Origin: an uncultured bacterium
Lineage (GTDB): Bacteria > Vulcanimicrobiota > Vulcanimicrobiia > Vulcanimicrobiales > Vulcanimicrobiaceae
Length of the DNA stretch: 64,000 nucleotides
Direction of reading: 5' to 3'
Assembly: GCA_903829325.1 (NCBI GenBank)
Contig: CAIKPM010000015.1
Location: forward strand, 33,597-97,596
How positions within the stretch are numbered: position 1 is the first letter of the stretch; each line of letters starts with the position of its first letter. The translations under genes were made by a program, and so were the position numbers. Below the pieces are notes generated by a model that saw only the letters and a list, made by a program, of their open reading frames with translations, ran no database searches and was not told where the DNA came from. Below, one piece after another: positions 1-9,239 of this stretch.

Positions 1-812
1 ATTTGCAGCGCTGGTTTGGCTTGGATTGGCGGTATAATGTCAAAGAAGTATTTCCCTGGAAAGAAAATGCAATTCATCAATTCGCTGGTGGAGAGGTTTG
101 AGTGAGTGAAGGTCGTGTTGTAACTGCTTGGGTATATGGATGCTATGCAAAGTCCCAGTCCCAGTAAGACGATTGATGCATTGATTGTAAGGATTATTTT
201 TGCTGGTTTTGTCTCGTTTATTTTTCTGGTGTAACAGTTGTCTATTAGCCAGAAGATTAGTAGCAGGATGCTGATGATGGCTGAAAGGATATTCGTATTT
301 GCCATAAGCAAAAGTATGATGCTGAGTGTTATCCCGCGGGATCGATGCTTCTCGTAAAGCGAGGAAAATATGAACATGAGAAGTATACTAATTCCGTAGT
401 TTCTTGCCATTACAGAATATTCAAATGAGAAGAATTGACTAAGTAGTAGGCCGCATCTGAGCCATATAGGGAAAGGCGAACGCCACAAAAGTAGCATTGC
501 GGCACTTGCTGCAATGCTAATAGAGACGAATTTGAGGATGGCTGGAAAAGGAATAAGCGCGTGGGCTGACCTGAGTATGAGATACCACAGCGCAGGGTGG
601 CCTTCTGTATGTAGGCGATGAATCAGATCCATAAAGCTGGTGCTTGTAACTGCGATTGTTAAAGCACGCGTTTCATCTCGCCACACTGCATGAGCATAAC
701 TTTCAGTGATGATCAGGATAAGCCATAGGCAAAACATGCTGAGTAATAAAATATGTTTTTTGTAGTCGATCGCTTTCGAATATAGCAATACACGTAAAAA
801 TTGTGTGCTCAT
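1..812 (-). CDS. GT-C type polytopic membrane glycosyltransferase (ArnT/PMT_2-like), N-terminal part only; continues past the left edge
   Basis: Absent from the ORF track because it has no stop in the window. My translation of the minus strand from ATG at 812 is open to base 1: MSTQFLRVLLYSKAIDYKKHILLLSMFCLWLILIITESYAHAVWRDETRALTIAVTSTSFMDLIHRLHTEGHPALWYLILR... It shows several hydrophobic helices and an early R-D-E loop followed by an HP-x-LWY motif, typical of polyprenyl-phosphate-sugar dependent GT-C enzymes. It starts 3 nt after the rmlC stop. Confidence 0.5.
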   Translation of the reverse strand, partial: MSTQFLRVLLYSKAIDYKKHILLLSMFCLWLILIITESYAHAVWRDETRALTIAVTSTSFMDLIHRLHTEGHPALWYLILRSAHALIPFPAILKFVSISIAASAAMLLLWRSPFPIWLRCGLLLSQFFSFEYSVMARNYGISILLMFIFSSLYEKHRSRGITLSIILLLMANTNILSAIISILLLIFWLIDNCYTRKINETKPAKIILTINASIVLLGLGLCIASIYPSSYNTTFTHSNLSTSELMNCIFFPGKYFFDIIPPIQAKPALQ

Positions 813-815
813 CCT

Positions 816-1352
816 TTATCGTGATCCAGCGATGAATGTCGGTTGTTCTTGGTCTTTTTTCGAGATGCATGGCACATCGGTAATTGGCCAGGAAATAGAA
901 AAGCTTGGATCATCCCAGCGAAATCCGAATTCGGTGTTAGGGTCATACAGCGTGCTGAGCTTATAGCTAAAAATAACCTGATCCGTTAACGTCAGGAATC
1001 CATGGAGGCATCCGGCTGGGATATAGAGTTGTTGTCGATTATCTGCACTCAGGGTGACCGCTTCCCACTGCTGAAATGTGGGAGAATCTGGTCTGATGTC
1101 AACAAGCACGTCCCAGATCGCACCATGAAGTACCTGGACCAGTTTTGCCGTACGATGAGCACCGTGGAGACCGCGAAGAACGTGTTGATGCGAATATGAG
1201 ATATTGTCTTGCACAAATTCATCGAGAATGCCGAGTGGGTGATATTTTTCGGTGGCATAGCTTTCCTGGAAGTAACCACGATCATCGCTGTAACGATCTA
1301 ATGTTAACAACTGGGCGTCAGGAATGCTGAGGCGTTTGCTTATTATGCTCAT
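816..1352 (-). CDS. rfbC: dTDP-4-dehydrorhamnose 3,5-epimerase
   Basis: 178-aa ORF with RmlC cupin motifs (DDRGYFQE, VLRGLHG, LYIPAGCLHGF). ATGA overlap with the rfbD stop at 1349-1352. Confidence 0.9.
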   Translation of the reverse strand: MSIISKRLSIPDAQLLTLDRYSDDRGYFQESYATEKYHPLGILDEFVQDNISYSHQHVLRGLHGAHRTAKLVQVLHGAIWDVLVDIRPDSPTFQQWEAVTLSADNRQQLYIPAGCLHGFLTLTDQVIFSYKLSTLYDPNTEFGFRWDDPSFSISWPITDVPCISKKDQEQPTFIAGSR

Positions 1353-2233
1353 GATGCCGCCTTTATAGATTGCGATGTTGTTCGTTGCATGAGATAGCGC
1401 TCAACGGCATTCTCCCAGGTGGGAAGCAGCTCGATGTCCAGCTTGGAAAATGTTGTATTTTGCAGCGGAGAATATAATGGACGTTGCGTTGGAGTATCCA
1501 GCTCTGAATATGATATTGGCTGGAGAGGTGCATGCGCTAATCCAGCTACATGTAAGCTAAATTGTACAAACGTATGCCAAGAGCATAATCCTGTATTTGC
1601 AATATGGTGAGTTCCGAAGGCGCGAAGTCGCAGGATCTCTACCAAGGCTTGAGCGAGGTCGGGCGCGTAGGTCGGGGAAAAAATCATGTCGTTCACTATG
1701 CGAATCGGCTCACCATGCTCGGCTTGGGCTAAGACTTTATCTATCAACGTGTAGCCCTTGCTCGAACTGCCGATATTCCCGAACACTCCACTTGTGCGGA
1801 TAATATAATGCTCCTCGCTATGGCGTCGTGTCAAGAACTCGCCGGCCGCTTTCGATGCCCCGTAAGCCGTGCGTGGCGATATACTGTCTGTTTCGCTGTA
1901 AGGTTGGCTAGCATTTCCATCAAACACATAGTCAGTACTGAATGTGGCGAATTCAATTCTGTGCTTGCTACAAAGATATGCCGCCTGATCAACCGCTAAA
2001 GCATTCATAGCGAATGCTTTCTCTGGCTGTTTTTCACAAGTATCAACATGATGAAATGCCGAGCAATTAATCAAGAGGGTGGGTCGAAAGCTTTCTAAGA
2101 GCTTATTCAGTGCGTTAGCATCCTCAAAAGCCAGTTCATGATGCGATGGGGCTAGCAACTCGTTTTTTTCCAGTATTTGTCGAAGAGCAGTGCCAACTTG
2201 CCCCGAGCCGCCAATTAGTAAGATGCGTTGCAT
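1349..2233 (-). CDS. rfbD: dTDP-4-dehydrorhamnose reductase
   Basis: Rossmann N-terminus MQRILLIGGSGQVG begins at internal ATG 2233. The YGASKAAGE (YxxxK) motif is present. The longer ORF to 2314 adds an implausible Cys/Arg-rich leader inside rfbA. Confidence 0.85.
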   Translation of the reverse strand: MQRILLIGGSGQVGTALRQILEKNELLAPSHHELAFEDANALNKLLESFRPTLLINCSAFHHVDTCEKQPEKAFAMNALAVDQAAYLCSKHRIEFATFSTDYVFDGNASQPYSETDSISPRTAYGASKAAGEFLTRRHSEEHYIIRTSGVFGNIGSSSKGYTLIDKVLAQAEHGEPIRIVNDMIFSPTYAPDLAQALVEILRLRAFGTHHIANTGLCSWHTFVQFSLHVAGLAHAPLQPISYSELDTPTQRPLYSPLQNTTFSKLDIELLPTWENAVERYLMQRTTSQSIKAAS

Positions 2234-2964
2234 GCCGCAGATTCTTTTAAGCGTTGTTGGGCAATGAGTTGAGTCGCCAAATACAGCGACTCGAACTGGC
2301 CGGCATCCGTCCACCAGCCTTCAAGAATGTCATATTGACATGTTCCCGCGGCAATATAGGCGTTGTTCACATCGGTAATTTCAAGCTCACCACGGTGTGA
2401 TGGCTTAAGATCCTTAATGTAATGAAATACGTTGTTATCGTACATGTATACGCCAGTGACCGCATAACAACTTTTGGGTTGGAGAGGCTTCTCTTCAATC
2501 GCGACAATTCGATCGCCGTCAAGCTCTGGTACCCCGAAGCGCTCGGGGTCGTTTACCTTGCTCAGTAATAATCGACAACCGGCAGTCTGCTCAGCAAAAG
2601 CCTGGACATGCTCGGTAATATTGCTTTCGAGAATATTATCACCTAGTACAACAACGATACGATCACCATTGGCGAAGTGCTCGCACAATTTGAGCGCATC
2701 TGCGATCCCACCCTCCCCTTCTTGATACGTGTAGGCCACGTCATTGAGACCAAAAGCGCGTCCATTGCCAATCAGTTTAAGAAAATCTCCAGCGTTATTT
2801 CCCCCGGTGACAATCATAATATCGCTAATGCCCGCATTGCAGAGTGTTTGAATCGGATAATAGATCATCGGCTGATCATAGATCGGTAGCAGGTGTTTAT
2901 TCGTGACTTTGGTTAGTGGGCGCAGGCGCGTGCCGAGTCCGCCGGCGAGGATGATGCCTTTCAT
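2215..2964 (-). CDS. rfbA: glucose-1-phosphate thymidylyltransferase
   Basis: MKGIILAGGLGTRLRPLT nucleotidyltransferase signature at internal ATG 2964, which forms an ATGA overlap with the rfbB stop. The rest resembles short-form RmlA. Confidence 0.88.
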   Translation of the reverse strand: MKGIILAGGLGTRLRPLTKVTNKHLLPIYDQPMIYYPIQTLCNAGISDIMIVTGGNNAGDFLKLIGNGRAFGLNDVAYTYQEGEGGIADALKLCEHFANGDRIVVVLGDNILESNITEHVQAFAEQTAGCRLLLSKVNDPERFGVPELDGDRIVAIEEKPLQPKSCYAVTGVYMYDNNVFHYIKDLKPSHRGELEITDVNNAYIAAGTCQYDILEGWWTDAGQFESLYLATQLIAQQRLKESAACNASY

Positions 2965-3986
2965 CGCGAAGCACTCCTCAGTTGACTGTTTTCGTATTGT
3001 TGCACAAAGGCGTTGTTCGTTGTCGTCGACCAACTGTGGGTTGTCGTTCGATACCACTCGACGGTCGTGCTAAGCCCTTCCTCAAACGGGACTCTCGGTG
3101 CCCAGCCTAGGCGGAGTGCTTTATCGCTATTCAGAGCGTAGCGTCGGTCGTGCCCGGGGCGATCCGCAACGTGTCGTACGGCTTCTTGAAAGCCTCTCTG
3201 GGTTAGTTCAACTAAGCGTTTCGTGATTTCAAGATTTTCGTGGGCGTTGCCGCCGCCAAGATTGTAGATTTCACCAAGCGCGCCATATTCGAGCACGTGA
3301 AGAATTCCACGTGCGTGATCGTCGACATAGAGCCAATCTCGGACTTGGTGTCCATCGCCATAAACGGGAACCGTATTGCCCTGCAGCAGGTTCATAACAA
3401 AAAGAGGGATCAGTTTTTCAGGGTATTGATACGGTCCATAGGTATTTGAGCCACGCGTAATCAGGATGGGCGTTCCGTACGTGGTGCGATAGGCAAGGGC
3501 AAGAAGATCTGCGCTCGCTTTTGAGGCTGCGTAGGGACTCCGTGGTCGGAGCGGGTCGGTTTCGATTGATGAGCCGCTTTCGATATGTCCGTAGACTTCA
3601 TCTGTCGAGACTTGTAAAAAACGCTGGATATTATGTTTATTGATCGCCTCAAGGAGATTATGAGTGCCGATAATATTGGTTTGCATGCAGGTATCGGCAT
3701 TGAGTATTGAGCGATCAACATGTGTTTCTGCCGCAAAGTTAATGATGGCATCAACTCCACCGCCGATGGCTTGATCGATGGCTTCAGGATTGCAAATGTC
3801 GCCTGGCACAAAGTGATAATTTGGATGATCGGCGATACTCGCGAGGTTCAACGGATTGGCTGCGTACGTCATAGCATCTAGTACGGTAATCGAAATATCT
3901 TTTCGTTGCGACAAGGCGATGCGTACAAATGCGGAGCCAATGAAGCCCAAGCCGCCTGTCACAAGCCATTTCTTGCTCTGACTCAT
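2961..3986 (-). CDS. rfbB: dTDP-glucose 4,6-dehydratase
   Basis: 341 aa. Shows TGGLGFIGS NAD-binding motif, STDEVYG, and YAASKASAD (YxxxK). ATGA overlap with the upstream 4-TM gene. Confidence 0.92.
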   Translation of the reverse strand: MSQSKKWLVTGGLGFIGSAFVRIALSQRKDISITVLDAMTYAANPLNLASIADHPNYHFVPGDICNPEAIDQAIGGGVDAIINFAAETHVDRSILNADTCMQTNIIGTHNLLEAINKHNIQRFLQVSTDEVYGHIESGSSIETDPLRPRSPYAASKASADLLALAYRTTYGTPILITRGSNTYGPYQYPEKLIPLFVMNLLQGNTVPVYGDGHQVRDWLYVDDHARGILHVLEYGALGEIYNLGGGNAHENLEITKRLVELTQRGFQEAVRHVADRPGHDRRYALNSDKALRLGWAPRVPFEEGLSTTVEWYRTTTHSWSTTTNNAFVQQYENSQLRSASR

Positions 3987-4414
3987 CGCACATGGTCTCC
4001 GGCATGATCTTCAAGCGCTATTTGCACCGCCGGTGTGAACAGCGAGCTTTGCATAACCGAGATGCCGATGACAATGAGCGTGAGCCCAATGACTTTTGCG
4101 GGAGTAATTTGGTCGTGAAAGATTTTCACTGATGCGATGGTAATAATAACGTAGCCTAAAGCTGCAATCGGATAGATATTAGAGAGTTGCTTACCGCTTA
4201 ATGCGGCGAGCCAAAAGAGCATACTGAGCACAAAGCATGCTATGCCTGCGATAATAGTTGGATGAAACAGTGCAGCGATAAGCTGCCCCGGCCTTAGTAG
4301 GTCCTGCGGAGACAGTCGTATCGATGTTACGCCCAGCTTTAACACAATCTGCCCAATAGCTGAGCATGTGATGGAAAGCAGAGTAGCGATTAACCAAAGC
4401 GGAGGTGACTTCAT
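3983..4414 (-). CDS. small 4-TM EamA/SMR-like membrane protein (ArnE/ArnF-like candidate lipid-linked sugar flippase subunit)
   Basis: 143 aa, four hydrophobic segments. It is the first gene of the rml operon and is translationally coupled to rfbB. The family assignment rests on size, topology and context only. Confidence 0.55.
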   Translation of the reverse strand: MKSPPLWLIATLLSITCSAIGQIVLKLGVTSIRLSPQDLLRPGQLIAALFHPTIIAGIACFVLSMLFWLAALSGKQLSNIYPIAALGYVIITIASVKIFHDQITPAKVIGLTLIVIGISVMQSSLFTPAVQIALEDHAGDHVR

Positions 4415-4567
4415 TGCATGCTTTCATAAGAGACATGATGCCATGACAGTGTTATCGGTAGGTCAAATTGGGAAATTATGTTGCTGGCTTTTGTTTTCTC
4501 TAATTTTTTTTCTTTTTTTTCCGATTATCTACGTGTAGTATCGTGGTTCAATGCTGGGATGTGAAGT

Positions 4568-6781
4568 ATGGATTCATCAGGAGATCATCTGCGTGTCGGG
4601 AACGGCTTGGTAGCAATCCCGAGCCAATCTATATATAGATTGGTGGCTGTTTGCTTCATTATTTCAGGATTTTGTAGCCTACTTTATCAAGTGCTTTGGA
4701 TGCGTCTTGCATTCGCGCATTTTGGCGTTATTACGCCGGTAGTTTCTTTGATTGTATCAGTATTTATGTCTGGTCTCGGGATTGGTTCTTTGAATGCTGG
4801 GCGTTTCGCCCGCTATATAAAGGAACGTTTTGGCATCTCATCCATATCTTTGTATGCGATAGCTGAAGTTGTTGTGGCTATCGGTGCACTGTCTGTTCCT
4901 TATCTGTTTGACGCGTGGGGCAGATGGTTGCTCGTAGCTGGAACATCTACATCCGCAAGCTTCATGCTATATTCAGCGCTTGCTATAATAGTTTCGGTGT
5001 TTCCTTGGTGCGTGGCAATGGGGGCTACCATGCCTTTAATGATGAGCTTTACGAAAGGATTAGGTGCGGAAAATTTCGGTGGATTTAGCTTTCTGTACGC
5101 AGCAAATGTTTTTGGAGCCGCGCTGGGAGCGTCAATGAGTGCGTTGGTTTTAATAGAAGTGTTTGGGCTTCGCGGAACCGGTCTTATTGGAGCAGCTGGA
5201 AATTTTTTGATTGCAGCTATTGTGGTATTTCTCTTAAGATCTTCTGATGATAATGAATTGCGGGAGGGGAACCGATTAGGTCAATCTGCTGATGACATAG
5301 TATCGATCAGAACTCCTTTTTGGGCATATTTTACTTTGTTTGTTACCGGATTTTCTTGTGTGGGGATGGAAGTCTGCTGGGCGCGAGGTTTTACATTTGA
5401 TCTTAAAACTACAATTTATTCTTTTGCCTCTATTCTAACGACTTATCTTCTGGCAACCTACCTTGGAACTTATATGTATCGTAAGATGAAGGATCGTAAA
5501 AATTCAATTGATATAAAGTCTCTTTTGGTTTGGATGTTCCCGTTTGGGATTTTGTCAGTTGTGTTTTTGGATCCTCGTCTATATGCTTTTCATTTCGAAA
5601 CATTGATTGGCATCGTCCCGTTTTCTGCTTTGCTCGGATTTGTTACACCTGGTATTGTTGATTTGTATGCTGGGGGTGATGAGGGGATTGCTGGAAGATT
5701 ATATTCGATTAATATATTAGGGGGGATTATCGGCCCGCTGTTTGCCGGATATCTCTTGTTGCCGCTCGTTGGCATTCGTTGCTCGCTGATAATATTATGC
5801 GCTCCATTTTTAATCGTATATCTGATGAATGATTTGAGTCGAGTTTTCTCCCGCATCGTCGCAGCTGTGATGCTGTTCGAAGCCCTCTTCGTTTTCCGAG
5901 CTTATGATGACGGATCGCTTTTCCCCAGCCCCAATGAGGTGCATCGTGATTATGCAGCTTCTGTTGTTGCTTTCCGGGATAAATATGGCGCAGAACTTCT
6001 CGTCAATGCAATCCCTATTACTAGCTTGGTTGTTGATACAAAAGAGATGGCACATATTCCACTGGTGCTCAACGGTCACGCACACAATGCCTTAGCGATC
6101 TGTTTTGGCATGGGGTCTACCTTTCGCTCGCTCGCTTCCTGGCATATTCACGTTACTGCGGTAGACTTATCACCCTCGGTGATTCGATCATTCGCATTCT
6201 TTCATCACGATGCACACAAGATATTATCTGATCGCTTAAATACGACGCTTGCAGATGACGGTAGACGTTATCTTATGAGGACTAATAAGAATTTTGATGT
6301 GATTACCTTAGATCCACCGCCACCCCCAGAAGCATCAGGATCTTCGCTGCTCTATTCGAGCGAATTTTACGACATCATCAAGCACAGGCTTGCTCCCGGA
6401 GGTATACTCGCTCAGTGGATTCCGCGACAGGCCTCAGTTTCTATGATGAAATCTGCCACTTTGGCATTGACTCAGAAATTTCCGTATGTTTTGGTATTCA
6501 GCGCTGGTGCCGGAGTGCATTTGATTGCCTCTATGACGCCAATCAGTTTGCCTAGTGTTGATACGTTTGTGTCACGGATGCCTATTGATGCAAAATCTGA
6601 TCTTATGGAGTTAGAGCCCGACAAGAATATCCATACAGCGATCGCAAGACTTTATCAACATCAGATTCCCGTCGCATCGCTTCTGCCGGCTGCAGGTTCG
6701 CGCATCCCAGCTTTGTCAGATGATCGCCCATATAACGAATATTTTGCTTTGCGATCACTACATATTCTACCCAGCGAATAG
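4568..6781 (+). CDS. fused polytopic membrane domain / spermidine-synthase-fold (class I SAM-dependent transferase-like) protein
   Basis: 737 aa. The N-terminal ~450 aa are multi-TM. The C-terminal domain has ALAICFGMGSTFRS (a glycine-rich SAM/dcSAM loop) and FDVITLDPPPP, as in spermidine-synthase-like fusions. Visibly AT-rich relative to the rest of the window. Confidence 0.65.
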   Translation: MDSSGDHLRVGNGLVAIPSQSIYRLVAVCFIISGFCSLLYQVLWMRLAFAHFGVITPVVSLIVSVFMSGLGIGSLNAGRFARYIKERFGISSISLYAIAEVVVAIGALSVPYLFDAWGRWLLVAGTSTSASFMLYSALAIIVSVFPWCVAMGATMPLMMSFTKGLGAENFGGFSFLYAANVFGAALGASMSALVLIEVFGLRGTGLIGAAGNFLIAAIVVFLLRSSDDNELREGNRLGQSADDIVSIRTPFWAYFTLFVTGFSCVGMEVCWARGFTFDLKTTIYSFASILTTYLLATYLGTYMYRKMKDRKNSIDIKSLLVWMFPFGILSVVFLDPRLYAFHFETLIGIVPFSALLGFVTPGIVDLYAGGDEGIAGRLYSINILGGIIGPLFAGYLLLPLVGIRCSLIILCAPFLIVYLMNDLSRVFSRIVAAVMLFEALFVFRAYDDGSLFPSPNEVHRDYAASVVAFRDKYGAELLVNAIPITSLVVDTKEMAHIPLVLNGHAHNALAICFGMGSTFRSLASWHIHVTAVDLSPSVIRSFAFFHHDAHKILSDRLNTTLADDGRRYLMRTNKNFDVITLDPPPPPEASGSSLLYSSEFYDIIKHRLAPGGILAQWIPRQASVSMMKSATLALTQKFPYVLVFSAGAGVHLIASMTPISLPSVDTFVSRMPIDAKSDLMELEPDKNIHTAIARLYQHQIPVASLLPAAGSRIPALSDDRPYNEYFALRSLHILPSE

Positions 6782-6801
6782 AGACATGACCGTCTACCTA
6801 A

Positions 6802-6885
6802 TGCCCTAAAGAGGACTCGAACCTCCACTCCCTTGCGGGAACTAATACCTGAAACTAGCGCGTCTACCAATTCCGCCATCAGGGC
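6802..6885 (-). tRNA. tRNA-Leu (anticodon CAG), type II with long variable arm
   Basis: The reverse complement reads GCCCTGATGGCGGAATTGGTAGACGCGCTAGTTTCAGGTATTAGTTCCCGCAAGGGAGTGGAGGTTCGAGTCCTCTTTAGGGCA. It has a 7-bp acceptor stem (GCCCTGA/TTAGGGC), an anticodon stem CTAGT/ATTAG with loop TTCAGGT, a T-arm GGAGG-TTCGAGT-CCTCT, and a long variable arm. CCA is not encoded. Confidence 0.85.
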
Positions 6886-7009
6886 AAGCTGCCCAGGTGC
6901 CTTCGGGGAGGCCTTGCGTGCTCCTCTCACGGATTCTGTTGTTTCTCCGATACTCTCTTTGGAGGTCGGTTCACGATCTGATCCTGCTTTTGTCGCTTTT
7001 GAGGTGTCG

Positions 7010-9226
7010 ATGTTTGCTGTTCACCATTCCACTTTGGCCCATCCCGATGAAGTCGCCGCGCTCTTGGGTGGGTACCATGGTGACCCGTGCGGATTTTTGG
7101 GTCTGCATCGCGGAGGTGAGGGCTTCATTCTACGAGTGAGCGCACCAGGGGCCCAGCAGGTGAACGTCATTGATTCCGAGGGCAAGGTCTTGCTCGCTCT
7201 AAGCTGCGTTGACCCGCGAGGCTTTTTCGTTGGAACGATAGCGCGCGAGCAGCCTTTTGCCTATAAGCTGCAGATTCACTGGCCCGATGCGGTTCAGATC
7301 GTCGACGATGCGTATCGTTTTGGTAGTTTTATTGATGAAGCTGACCTGTATCGGTTTGTGCAGGGCGATCATACCGAACTCTATCGCGTCTTGGGTGCGC
7401 AACCGCGAATTTTGGACGGGGTCGCTGGAGTCGGTTTTGCGGTCTGGGCACCGAACGCACGCCGGGTAAGCGTGGTCGGTGACTTTAACGGCTGGGATGG
7501 ACGCCGTCATCCCATGCGCTTGCGTCACACTGGAGGTATCTGGGAGTTGTTTGTCCCTGGCGTACAGCCGGGGATGCACTATAAATACGAATTGATCGGC
7601 GCTGACGGGCATCTTTTGCCGCTCAAGGCAGATCCTTTGGGGGCTTGGGCTGAATTGCGACCTGCGACAGCTTCACGTGTTGCCCCGCAGAGCGAGTATG
7701 AGTGGCAAGATGCGGCATGGATGAGTCAACGGGCAAGCAGTGATCCGCGCGCTATGCCCATGAGCTGTTACGAAGTGCATCTCGATTCGTGGCGGAGACA
7801 CGCGAATGATGCTCGCTTGAGTTACCGCGATTTGGCCGAACAGCTTATTCCGTATGTAGTGGAGCACGGTTTTACCCATCTCGAATTGATGCCGATTGCG
7901 GAGTACCCGTTTGATGGTTCGTGGGGCTACCAGCCCGTGGGATTATTCGCGCCGACTAGCCGTTATGGTACCCCAGACGATTTCCGTGCATTTGTCGATG
8001 CCGCGCACGCTGCTGGCATTGGCGTCCTTCTCGACTGGGTCCCCGGGCATTTCCCGACAGATGCCCACGGGTTAGCGCGTTTTGATGGCTCGCATCTCTA
8101 CGAGCATGCGGATCCGCGGCAAGGGTTCCATCCTGATTGGAATACCGCGGTCTATAATTATGGACGCCCTGAAGTTCGCTCATTTTTAATCTCGAACGCC
8201 CTCTATTGGCTACGCGAATTTCATCTTGATGGATTGCGTGTGGATGCGGTTGCATCGATGCTCTACTTAGACTATAGCCGCAAGGAAGGCGAGTGGATTC
8301 CCAACGTGTACGGCGGTCGCGAGAATCTGGATGCGATTTCGTTTTTGCAACGTACCAATGAACTCGCTTATGCTGAATTCCCTGGCGTTCTGATGATTGC
8401 TGAAGAGTCAACCGCATTTACCGGTGTTTCTGCCCCAGTGTATATGGGCGGTTTGGGCTTTGGCTTTAAATGGAATATGGGGTGGATGCATGACACCCTT
8501 GAATATATGAGCCGTGAGGCTGTTCACCGTTCGTATCATCAGAACGAAATTACGTTTTCATTGGTGTATGCTTTTAGTGAGAATTATGTGTTGCCGTTAT
8601 CTCACGATGAAGTTGTGCACGGTAAAGGATCTCTCTTAGCGCGTATGCCGGGTGATGCGTGGCAGCAATTTGCGAACCTGCGCACGCTCTATAGTTATAT
8701 GTTTACCCACCCTGGCAAGAAGCTGTTGTTTATGGGAGCCGAGATTGCCCAGGGAATGGAGTGGAGTGCCGAACGAACTCTCGATTGGTTTTTGCTCGAT
8801 TACGCCCAACATCAGGGTATTCGTAATCTGATCATGGAGCTGAACCGTTTGTACCGTACTCTTCCCGCCCTGCATGAAGTGGATCATGATTCTGCTGGTT
8901 TTGAGTGGATTGACATTGGTGATGCAAAAGCGAGCGTGATCTCTTATGTGCGGCGCGCACGAGACCGTGATGATTTCTTGGTGGTCGTTTGTAACTTTAC
9001 CGCGGTCATCCGGGATGATTATCGGATTGGCGTTCCGGTATCAGGACAATATGAGCTTCTTCTGAATAGTGACGATCGGCGTTTCGATGGCAGTGGGGCG
9101 CAGGTTGGCCCGTTACTCGCAACCGATGTCACCTCGCATGGGCGCCCGGCGTCGTTATCGCTGCGTTTACCCCCCTTAGGTGTTGTGATCTTGCGCCCAG
9201 TGGCGCAGCATGCAAGCAACTCGTAA
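7010..9226 (+). CDS. glgB: 1,4-alpha-glucan (glycogen) branching enzyme
   Basis: GH13 branching-enzyme motifs are present (HLDGLRVDAVASMLY, MIAEEST, LSHDEVVHGK). I use ATG 7010, preceded by GAGG, because the ORF-track start at 6833 overlaps the tRNA. Confidence 0.92.
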   Translation: MFAVHHSTLAHPDEVAALLGGYHGDPCGFLGLHRGGEGFILRVSAPGAQQVNVIDSEGKVLLALSCVDPRGFFVGTIAREQPFAYKLQIHWPDAVQIVDDAYRFGSFIDEADLYRFVQGDHTELYRVLGAQPRILDGVAGVGFAVWAPNARRVSVVGDFNGWDGRRHPMRLRHTGGIWELFVPGVQPGMHYKYELIGADGHLLPLKADPLGAWAELRPATASRVAPQSEYEWQDAAWMSQRASSDPRAMPMSCYEVHLDSWRRHANDARLSYRDLAEQLIPYVVEHGFTHLELMPIAEYPFDGSWGYQPVGLFAPTSRYGTPDDFRAFVDAAHAAGIGVLLDWVPGHFPTDAHGLARFDGSHLYEHADPRQGFHPDWNTAVYNYGRPEVRSFLISNALYWLREFHLDGLRVDAVASMLYLDYSRKEGEWIPNVYGGRENLDAISFLQRTNELAYAEFPGVLMIAEESTAFTGVSAPVYMGGLGFGFKWNMGWMHDTLEYMSREAVHRSYHQNEITFSLVYAFSENYVLPLSHDEVVHGKGSLLARMPGDAWQQFANLRTLYSYMFTHPGKKLLFMGAEIAQGMEWSAERTLDWFLLDYAQHQGIRNLIMELNRLYRTLPALHEVDHDSAGFEWIDIGDAKASVISYVRRARDRDDFLVVVCNFTAVIRDDYRIGVPVSGQYELLLNSDDRRFDGSGAQVGPLLATDVTSHGRPASLSLRLPPLGVVILRPVAQHASNS

Positions 9227-9239
9227 AGAAGGATTTTGA

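Noticed and set aside
4504-4520. T8-C-T8 tract in the divergent promoter region as a phase-variation element
   Set aside because: It is intergenic and short, and cannot be distinguished from ordinary AT-rich promoter or UP-element DNA without population data. I mention it only under the neighbouring finding.
6833-7009. 5' extension of the glgB ORF
   Set aside because: It overlaps the tRNA-Leu gene on the opposite strand. Branching-enzyme similarity begins after the ATG at 7010, which has a GAGG upstream.
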